From Podarcis gaigeae (lineage: Eukaryota), in NCBI GenBank assembly GCA_964106915.2, contig OZ066918.1: a stretch of DNA of 64,000 nt. One strand, 5' to 3'. This document shows positions 25,351 through 34,865 of the stretch, piece by piece. The notes below the pieces were generated by a model. That model ran no database searches, had not been told where the DNA came from, and saw only the letters and a program-made list of their open reading frames with translations. Position numbers and translations under genes: made by a program. Every line of letters begins with the position of its first letter. The stretch's first letter is position 1.

Positions 25351-25702
25351 CGGTTAGCGTAATAGCGAATGGGAAAAATAATTAAGGGTAGCCTTTACTC
25401 ATAACAATGAGCTATAATTTATCATTAATTTATCATTTACTATACAAACACAATCTCAAATTTCTTTCAATTTCCCCAAAGGAATCCATATCTGGTAATA
25501 TGCACATCTATTTAAATGTCATCAATTAAAAGGCAGATGATTAATCAACTACTCACTGAAGACAGCCTTACACAACATGACATTTCAGGTTACAAATCAG
25601 CTTATCATTAACCAATAGAGTAATAAGGAATCCATGCTCACCAAAATAAACAATATTTTAAAAATCATTATTATCTTTTGATTATAGCAGATGAAAACTT
25701 AC

Positions 25703-25780
25703 CCTGATTATAAAGTTTCTGAATCTCCTTAATACTTTGTATGCTAGCTGACCGTCTAAACAGTCCTTCTGCTTTGAGTC
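25703..25780 (-). CDS. ARHGAP8: ARHGAP8 exon 10 ([26 protein letters not shown]; arginine finger)
   Basis: ttacag|G acceptor, G|gtaagt donor, 78 nt, GLFRRS RhoGAP catalytic motif. Confidence 0.95.
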
Positions 25781-26199
25781 CTGTAAGGAGGTGGGGGTGG
25801 GGAAGCATTAATAGGATTCCTCGTAAAATTGCTGTTCACAAACATCTTTGTGCTGGTTCGGATCTCTAAGTCTCCAGTGCAAAGAGAAAGGGATGTCTGA
25901 CTAAGTATGCTCACAAACACAGGAGCTGCACCCTGGTGGTGGTTCACGTGAGTACAGGAGTGTATTTTTCAGTTGCTCTGCTTAGGTACACACTGCTGTC
26001 AGGAAGGGTTAGGTTTATTTATTATGACCTGGTTTTTTGGATATGTACCCTCACAAGAAAGTTTGCAACATAATGACATAGCAACTATGCCCTAAAATTC
26101 TGAATCCTAACAGTTAAAATGATGTTAAAAGATGGCAGCAAGAGATAAAACATTTGTTAAAACACAGCATCATAAAATTACTCAACTGGATGAAAGAAC

Positions 26200-26470
26200 T
26201 CTTTAAAGCTTTCCTAAAGGCCAAATATACAGTATCAAACCCATTTCCGGTGTGGCGGCGGCTGTGTTCTGCAAATGTGGGGTTGTCACGGAAAAGGCAC
26301 CATCCCTGGTACTCACTAATATGACAGGTCTCAATGGTGGACTACAAAGCAACGTCTCAGATGCTAATATTAAGGCAGGGTCATAAGGGTGAAGATGGTC
26401 CTTCAGAGAGGCTGCCCCAAACTTTAGGGTATTCATAGGATAATGCCAGTACCTTAAAATGAACCTGCAA
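26200..26470 (-). mobile_element. L2 LINE fragment
   Basis: VHFKVLALSY...LKDHLHPYDP...TRDGAFSV.P.L motifs. Confidence 0.7.
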
Positions 26471-26579
26471 GTGGGTCAGATTTAGCCGGGGAATTGTTGA
26501 ATCAGCATGCCATGCGATGCCCACCAAAGCCTTGCTTACCCGGGTTGTGCAACTGCAACTTCCAGGTTCCAGTGAGATC

Positions 26580-26859
26580 CACTGGCACCATCTCTGCGGG
26601 GCCGTGGGTGCCAAGAGACCCACAAAATTTTCAATGAGGGGGCCAGGCCTCCTCAATATTCCTCAGCTACGTGGGCTCCAGTGGGCCCTGTCCTGGCTGC
26701 ACCAGGCTCCCTCTACTGTGAGGAGGGCAGCCGTAGCAGGCCCCTCTGGCCTTTCGGAGGGTGCCCCAGGGCTCCTCCCAGTGTGTGACATCATGTGCAG
26801 CGTGCGTGACTTTGTGCGCACCAGGCACCCACAATATTGGGTGGAACCCGGCGCTCCTG
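26580..26859. mobile_element. Old hAT (Tip100-like) MITE
   Basis: Termini CACTGGCACC / GGCGCTCCTG. Flanks GTGAGATC and GCAAGATC are both derivable from GCGAGATC by CpG decay. Confidence 0.65.
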
Positions 26860-27348
26860 GCAAGATCACACAAGAGCCCCATGAGATCACACAGAGGCTT
26901 CCGTTTGATTGGGTGGGGCTGAAGTCTCGCCACAACCCAGAAGCTGTCATAGCTGTTTCTCCTCACTTCTGTGGTAGTGGCAGCAGTGGGCATGCCTGCG
27001 TAGGCACCCCTTTAATGTTGCAGTCTGATACAGCTGCCTCAGTCTGCTTCATGGATGGGATGGCCCTGACTGGGAGTTGTCTCCACGTACTTGGCTCACT
27101 GGGCTGTTCTAAATGGACATCTGAGTTGACCCATAAATACAAGAGCATTTCCATTGGTCCTTAAAAGATTGTGAACTGATTCTGATGAGCATGAGAAGAT
27201 TCAGTTGCATGAAGAAGCCACTCACACAACCCATCTATTCATGTGAGCTGTGCAGCACTGGAACCATGAGCTCAGCAACATTGCAGCTCCACCATGCATC
27301 TTTTAAAAAGTAGAAGTTGGAAGTGATTTTGTCACCAACACACAGCTC

Positions 27349-27349
27349 G

Positions 27350-27393
<44 letters not shown>
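27349..27393. repeat. (TTG)n microsatellite
   Basis: Direct reading. Confidence 0.98.
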
Positions 27394-27394
<1 letters not shown>

Positions 27395-28099
27395 ACAAAT
27401 GAGTTCTCTTTCAGATTTCCTTGCTCGGGTCCAAGCTTTCTTTCCCAACTATCTGGAAAATGTGGCCTTATTCTTTTTCCTGTCCCAAACGACAACTTTC
27501 ATTCTCATTCTCCCAATTTTGTTGTGGGCAGAATAGTTTGCCCTTATCTTCTACAGCCTAGATAAGTTTCACTTGGGATAGATTTTCAAGCAGTCAGTCC
27601 TTCGGTTCACGAGAGTTTATTTAACAGTTAATGCTCTTGTCTGTTGAAGATCTCCTTGTGTAAAGTGCTGCATAATAAATGTTTCCTTTTAGCAGGCTGG
27701 GTTTTTGTTTTGTTTTTCCCGGTATGCTTTAGTTTAAAGTGACTTGCAGCAAGCCTTAATTGAAGACATTAATCTGAATTACAGACAGCAGCTGTGCTTG
27801 TCTGGAACGGTTGTTTGAGACTCACATCTTTCTTACTTTAGCAGTGCCATAGCACCAAACCTTTGCCGGGTAGCCTTCCTGCCAGTCTTGAGGACAGAGC
27901 AACATTTAACTACAGCATAGAAATATGAAATAATGGTCTGACCTATTATTCATATCAGAGATCGCATTAATCAGGCAGCCTGAGATGTGAGTGGATATCC
28001 CTTGGTCTTTTTGGAAGATAAATATACAAAATGGTTGATTGGTTATCTGAACACAAGTTTTTCCGGGTGTGGATTTTAGAGGTCTGTGTTCAAATTCCT

Positions 28100-28815
28100 G
28101 GCTAGAGATACAGAATAGCCTTGGGTAGTTCAGCCTTCTGCCTTAGCATTATACGTATTCCAACAAACCCAAGGTAGCTGAAACTATCAACATAACTGTA
28201 TGGAACAACCTTACATTTACAGAGCAAAATATCCTCTTGAATATTCCAGCCCATGGAACCTTACAAAAGGACAATACGAGTGGACTCTCTGTGCAATTAC
28301 CACAGCAAAAAGACTGATACTGATGAATTGGAAAAATAAAAATGCAGCTCCCTTCTATGACTGGATTGAAGACTTATACAAACTCACATTTGAACAACGT
28401 GCATATAAACACAGACTTGCCATGGACAAATTCAATGATATTTTGAATCCATTCTTACAAATATTGTAATAGCTTAAGATCTGGTGAGGCACAGTAACAA
28501 CTTTGTAAAGTATACAGTTTTGGGTCCCCCCTTTATTTCTTCTTCTTCTTCTTCTTCTTCTTCTTCTTCTTCTTCTTCTTCTTCTTCTTCTTCTTCTTGT
28601 TTAGTCATGTCCTTCATGACCCCCTGGACCAGAGCACGCCCGGCACTCCTGTCTTCCACTGCCTCCCACAGTTTGGTCAAACTCAAGTTGGTAGCTTCAA
28701 GAACACTTGTCCGCACGGGTGGTATTTCTTTTTGTCTCATCATGTTTCGTGCACATATAATTATGTACTTTTTGAACTTTCAGTAAAGAAGTCTGGGAGA
28801 AAACAAAACAAAAAA
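28100..28815 (+). mobile_element. L1-clade LINE 3' end (ORF2 C-terminus plus 3' UTR)
   Basis: ORF 28200-28469 AKRLILMNWK...P...W...KF..I..PF is typical of lizard/fish L1 C-termini; A-rich tail near 28800. Confidence 0.75.
28538..28722 (-). mobile_element. RTE-BovB-like LINE 3' fragment with an (AAG)n tail, inserted in the L1 3' UTR
   Basis: SVLEATNLSLTKLWEAVEDRSA.RALV.GV resembles the BovB C-terminus; (TTC)n at 28538-28598; possible TSD TATTTCTT. Confidence 0.75.
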
Positions 28816-29630
28816 CCCTACAAACACACCCAAACATTGAAATCCTGTTGAGCTCAGTGTGATTTACTCTCAACTGCATGTTCTAGTTCCAGCTCTGGAT
28901 ACGGACAGAATACTGGCATAAGTTCTCACGCATTCAAAGATAATAAGGAATTTTCAAAATGTACATTTAAGAATGTAATTTCAAATGCTTACCTCCCCCC
29001 CCAATCCTTGACATAGGAAAGGAAAATAAATATTTACGTATATGCAATCCAAATCCTGCCTGCCCTAAGACTGGACATGGATGAGAGTGGATGAGGCTTG
29101 AATCTCCCCTCTAGCCAAAAGCTCACCGGAGATTGCCAATTTTCAAGTATGAATGTTGATATTTGCCACATTTTGGATACTCAAAGCATTGAGTGGAAAG
29201 GCAGCTTCCTACTACACCCTTGGCGGGGGGGGGGGAGGGTAACCGCTGAGCTGAGTGATGCCCTGGGATTTTACCTTGATAGCAAAGGGATGGAAGGATT
29301 CCGTGAGATTGGCAGAAGGTTGACTGAAACTGCTGATATGCTGGAGGCAGTGTTTTCAGAAGTATGAAAGGGTAGCAGAGAAAGAATGACAGTGTTGGCT
29401 CTGAGAAGGAAGGCTCAAGGAGGAGGCAAGCACCTTTCTAAATAACCAGCGGTGGTCAGTGGGTGTGGTAGTCCCTGCTCCTTTCTAAGACAAATGTTGT
29501 GGCTTGGATGCAAGGGCCAAGAGAAGAATGAAAGCAAGGGTGTGCTACTTAATAGCACATGAGCAGAAACTAACGACTTGGGAATGGCTCCTGTGTTTAA
29601 TCAGCAATATGCACATGAAAAACACATATA

Positions 29631-29888
29631 CAGTGGTACCTCGGGTTACAGACGCTTCAGGTTACAGATGCTTCAGGTTACAGACGTTTCAGGTTACAGA
29701 CTCTGCTAACCCAGAAATAGTACCTTGGGTTAAGAACTTTGCTTCAGGATGAGAACAGAAATTGTGCTCTGGCGGCGTGGCAACAGCAGGAGGCCCCATT
29801 AGCTAAAGTGGTACTTCATGTTAAAAACAGTTTCAGGTTAAGAACAGACCTCCAGAACGAATTAAGTTCTTAACCCGAGGTACCACTG
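29631..29888. mobile_element. Tigger/mariner-type MITE, copy 2
   Basis: TA-CAGTGGTACCTCGGGTTA ... TAACCCGAGGTACCACTG-TA. Confidence 0.92.
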
Positions 29889-30419
29889 TACATATTTTAC
29901 AATACTGCATTAACAGAGTAGTCAGGAACCATAGTCCTAAGTCCAACTGACAGGTATGTGTATGTAACTCTTTTATTTAAAAGCATATGCAAAGGGAAGG
30001 GAAGGGAGAGTTGGCTACAGGCATTTCTATTTTGGAAGCAGAGTTCCTCATTGATTCTGACGGGAAGTTCTACTTAATAATCAATGGAACAATTTAGCCC
30101 AGGATGTGAAGAGAGCTTCACTTGCCATTTCCTGACCTTATAAGCAAAAAGTCACTAGTGCATGGTGTGTGGGTAATTGTGTTGTATAAATATTCAGACC
30201 ACTGTAAATATAGGGCCTTTATTCAAGGAAGCAGTGAAGCTAGATGCTTAGAACAGAATGCATTTTGGGTTCTTTCATTTCACCCACGTGGCTCTGTGGT
30301 TTGATCCACTCCATCCCTATAGCTGCTTTTCACCCAGGAAACTTACTGCTGGAATTCACTCCCCATCCCAGATATTTATCACAAAATCTTTTTTGTCTAA
30401 AGCCAAAGTAAATCCTTAC

Positions 30420-30493
30420 CTTTCCTTTTTAGATAAGACACCGTCTGCTTCATTACTGGTGGGATTAATTCACCTTTGTTTTTAGCTTTGAGA
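30420..30493 (-). CDS. ARHGAP8: ARHGAP8 exon 9 (LKAKNKGELIPPVMKQTVSYLKRKG)
   Basis: caacag|T acceptor, G|gtaagg donor, 74 nt. Confidence 0.93.
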
Positions 30494-31710
30494 CTGTTGG
30501 AGGAAAGAAAAACAAATCTGAACAATTTTCTCACAGGGTTTCCATACCATTTTCTTACAGGGACAGCTCATATTTGAATCAACTGCGACATTGTGTCCTG
30601 TGTGAATAAGCCATCTCAAATAAATTACAAATGAATGAAAATTCAGAGCATTTCCAAGCACCATGCTGCTCAATGGAGTCTGTTCACACGCTCAGCCATG
30701 ACTCAGCAAGCGATGAGTAATCAAACTATAACCCAGCTCATCTCTGAAATGTTCCTGATCCGTTCTGTAGTATCCAGATACCAGGAACATTTCTGTAGTT
30801 AACTAATCTTGTATTCCACAGGGGTCCATAAACGTCTTTCCAAGAAAGCAAATCTTTACTACCACCTTGCGGTAAAAAAGAATGAATAGGAAGTAAAGGG
30901 GTTTTTATCCAGTGTGGCGTATGAATTGTGGCAGTCCTAGATGAAGACAGAGGTAAGCCCCCTCATCAGTGATGGATTTCTGTGGCTGATCCAAACCTGC
31001 AAAACAGCATCTGTTTTCTGGTTCTTTACAATAAAAAGAAATTTGGTTCTGTATAAGGAAGGCAGGGGCAGATCTGCCTTGAAACTAATGAAGCTTAAGC
31101 TTCAGGCCCCCAGAAGTGACTATTCCACGTTGTTTACAAATTTTGGGTCTAGTAGACCCAGTTAGTTGCATGACTCAATTTGATAGGTTCCTCAGCAAAT
31201 AAGTCCATGTGGAAAGGATGCTTTCAGGATCTGGCAATGTGGCATCAAAGCCATGAACCCAATCCAAACACAGTCTGAAATCCGGTTAGGCCAGACCAGT
31301 TCCAAAGTCAGCTGGGGTTGGTCCACACATAATTAACAAAATATACTAGTGTAAAAATGATTTTGCCTCACATACAAATGCATGGGATTGCTCATTCCTA
31401 TAGATTGTATTCTACAGATTACTGAATGATTTCATTCAGTATGTAGTCATTTCACAATAATTAAGAACAGGCTTCCTTATCCTTCCTTTCTTTAACGTCT
31501 CAAAAATAAATCTGTTTCTGAGAAACCGTAGACCATGAATGTTCTGAGTTCTCTGTTGTAATGTAGGCACTCATGACTGAAGGAGTTTTAACCATTGTGA
31601 GGAAGAGAGACTGAGAAAGAGAACGAAGAAGCACATGGCGACTCATCCAGATTGAGTAAAAAGAAAGCTCCTTTTTTCCAACAACATGTGAAAGAAATTG
31701 TGTGGCTTAC

Positions 31711-31821
31711 TATTGGAGGCTGACACCAAACTGCTGGGTTGGAAGAGGGGGTCTTGGTGGAGGGATCTTCACTGCAGTAGGTGGCTTATTCTTTTGTTTT
31801 GTCCGAAGATTTTCATCATGT
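31711..31821 (-). CDS. ARHGAP8: ARHGAP8 exon 8 (HDENLRTK...[18 protein letters not shown])
   Basis: actag|A acceptor, TA|gtaagc donor, 111 nt, proline-rich motif. Confidence 0.95.
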
Positions 31822-32331
31822 CTAGTGGAGAAAAGTACACTTAATATTCAAGAATGATGTTGAAATCACTCATGTTTCTCAAGAAAAACTTACAAAGATG
31901 TATAACAAGTTCTAGAAGTTCAATCACATTGAAATCTTAATTTCAGACTGTAATCTCTTCACAGAATATTAAAACATAAAATATCAACAAAATGTACCAC
32001 GTGCTATTCTCAGTTCCCCACTTGCTGGAGTACACTTCATCTTATCCGATAGCTGACATCACTTGGTATTCTTCTGTATTGCACCAATATGGAATACCTT
32101 AACATTGCTGTTTATCTTCAGGTAGGGTTTTTATTTTTTGTTTAAAGAACATATTTTAAGGAATATTTGTGAGACACACCTTAGATTAGGGCTGGCATAT
32201 TTCAAAAGTGAAAATCCCTGGACACCAAAGTTGTTGAGCTTTTTTTGATTTTAATCTCAACAAAAAATGAAACTTCTGACATGGGTTCAGACACTGTCCA
32301 GACACTGTTTCTGATGGCCGAATCCGAATTA

Positions 32332-33542
32332 CCGTATTTTTCGCTCTATAACACGCACCTGACCATAACACGCACATCGTTTTTAGAGGAGGAAAACAAG
32401 GGAAAAAACATTCTGAATGAAACAGTGGATGTATAATTTTTGTGCTTCATGCTGTGGCCACAGACATGTGATCTGATGGTGAATTTGGGGTGACCCAATG
32501 CAAAAATCCTGAGAATCCCTGTGGATCCATGCTTTGTAACCACGTTTTTGCACCATTGCAGCCCCAGGCAACAGTGGGTGTGTGATTTTTGGGGGGCAGG
32601 CTGTAGCCATGGACATGCTATGTGATCTGATGGGGAATTTGGGGTGACCTAATGCAAAGATCCTGAGGATCCATGTAGATCCATGCTTTTTAACCACGTT
32701 TTTGCACCATTGCAGCCCCAGGCAACAGTGGGTGTGTGATTTTTGGGGGGCAGGCTGTAGCCATGGACATGCTATGTGATCTGATGGTGAATTTGGGGTG
32801 ACCTAATGCAAAAATCCTGAGAATCCCTGTGGATCCATGCTTTGTAACCACGTTTTTGCACCATTGCAGCCCCAGGCAACAGTGGGTGTGTGATTTTTGG
32901 GGGGCAGGCTGTAGCCATGGACATGCTATGTGATCTGATGGTGAATTTGGGCTGACCCAATGCAAAGATCCTGAGGATCCATGTGGATCCATGCTTTTTA
33001 ACCACATTTTAAGTGGGGAGGGAAGGAAAAACACAGAAGGGACAAGGAGCAGGAGAGGGGTGTGCAGAGAAGCAGCTGGCTAAGAATGCAGGAGAGGGGT
33101 ATAACGGGAGGGAGGAAAGGAAGGCAAAAGTTTTCCCTCACCTACCCACCCAAGCCAGCCACCTCTTGCGCGCTCTCTCTCTCCCTCTCTCCCTCCTGCA
33201 TGTTTTCAGCAGCACCGGAGCACAGAGACGACACTCTGCTTTCCCCTCTGCTTGCCTGGAGGGGAGGGGCTTTCCCTGCTCTTTGTTCCGTTTGAGGAAA
33301 CACAGCAAGGAAACAGAGGAGGGTGGGCAGTAAGACCCTGAGGCAGAATGCAGGAAAGCAGCCGCTTCCTCTTTTCAGGTTTCCCTTCTCCGAGATGCGC
33401 GATTTGATTTTTGCCTGATTTTATTTGCCTCCCCTCGCGCCATTTGGCTCCAGGGACCACACAATCGCTCAATAACACGCACAGACATTTCCCCTTCCTT
33501 TTTAGGAGAAAAAATCTGCGTGTTATAGAGGGGAAAATACGG
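32332..33542. mobile_element. Tc1/mariner-superfamily (Tc2/pogo-like) MITE carrying a 154-bp tandem array
   Basis: TIRs CCGTATTTTTCGCTCTATAACACGCA / TGCGTGTTATAGAGGGGAAAATACGG, with TA on both sides (32330-31, 33543-44). Confidence 0.88.
32466..33010. repeat. 154-bp tandem repeat (about 3.5 units), homologous to 20693-21225
   Basis: ATGTGATCTG recurs at 32466, 32620, 32774 and 32928. Confidence 0.95.
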
Positions 33543-33675
33543 TATGTCTGGGAAATTCTGTACGTATGGTAACCCTACCTTAGATGAGATTAACCACCTA
33601 AAGCATGCAAAAGTACAGCCATATTGGGTCTATATGGATTCAAGGCCTTCAGGTCTAAATAATGTTTTTGTTTTA

Positions 33676-33906
33676 CAGTGGTACCTCGGGTTACATACTC
33701 TTCAGGTTACATACGCTTCAGGTTACAGACTCCGCTAACCCAGAAATAGTACCTCAGGTTAAGAACTTTGCTTCAGGATGAGAACAGAAATCGTGCTCCG
33801 GTGGTGCGAGACCCCATTAGCTAAAGTGGTGCTTCAGGTTACAAACAGTTTCAGGTTAAGTACGGACCTCAGGAACGAATTAAGTACTTAACCCGAGGTA
33901 CCACTG
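33676..33906. mobile_element. Tigger/mariner-type MITE, copy 3
   Basis: TA-CAGTGGTACCTCGGGTTA ... TAACCCGAGGTACCACTG-TA. Confidence 0.92.
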
Positions 33907-34865
33907 TAGTTTGAAAGCTGCAGCACTAATGCTGGAATCTTGCTTCTCGCAATGACCTTGAGGAGGGATAGTGTTGTATTTTGCCTGTTTATTTTGACAT
34001 CCATTGCCCTGAGCTCTTTTAAAGGGGGGAAGATCTATAAATATTCTGAGTCAATGAAAATAATAATAAAATAAAATAAGATGCCTTTAGCCCTTTTAAG
34101 ATCATGAGAAAGAGAGCACCAGGAATGCAACAGCACAACAGTGTCCTGCTTCTCTGGTTGTATGGCAACTGCGTGTGTCCTGCCCTCCCTCTTTTCTGTC
34201 ATTAAAGCTACACAAGAGTAAGATGAGAAAGAATTTAAGAAGAGCCCTGCTAGATCAGACAAAAGCCGCATCTCCTCCATCATCCTGTACTCAGGGTGAC
34301 CCACCAGCTGCCCACAAGCAGGATATGAGCACAACAGCTGGTGCTCTTCAGGAACTGATATTCAGAAGCATATTGCCATTGATCCTGGAGGTAAGGATTA
34401 GAGGCCACTGATAGCCCCCATCCTTTAAAAGCCATCCTGGTTGTCCACCATAACCACATCTTGCAGGAGCAAATTCTTTTGTTTAACTAGGCTTAACTAG
34501 TCAGCTTGTGCATCTTGGTTCAGAGACTTCTAGTGCTGGATTAAACCCTGTGGAGGTCCCAAGGCAGACAAAATCTTGGGGCAGGGGGCTGCCAAATTAT
34601 CTCCTGATATATTTTTGTAATTTTCTGTCAATATCAAATCAATATTCTTTGGGGTTTTTTGTCACAGGGCCCCTAAAATGCTGGTGCCTACTCTGGCAAC
34701 CCGGCACTGGAGGCTTCTAACATCAATACATTCCAACTCTCCTCCAAATGCAGTACCATGGCAGCTGCAACTGCAATTCTTAGCACTCTTTGACTCTATT
34801 CCTCTGACTTTATGCCCTTCATACACCTCACACTATTGAACATCAAGAAGAGTGAACCTCTAGAC

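Larger units (their letters stand above)
32187..33577. mobile_element. hAT-Blackjack-like MITE interrupted by a Tc2-like MITE
   Basis: Termini TAGGGCTGGCATA / TATGGTAACCCTA and 8-bp TSD CCTTAGAT (32179-32186, 33578-33585). Confidence 0.8.

Noticed and set aside
26517-27164. 215-aa ORF
   Set aside because: Runs across MITE fragments and shows no protein motif or splice structure.
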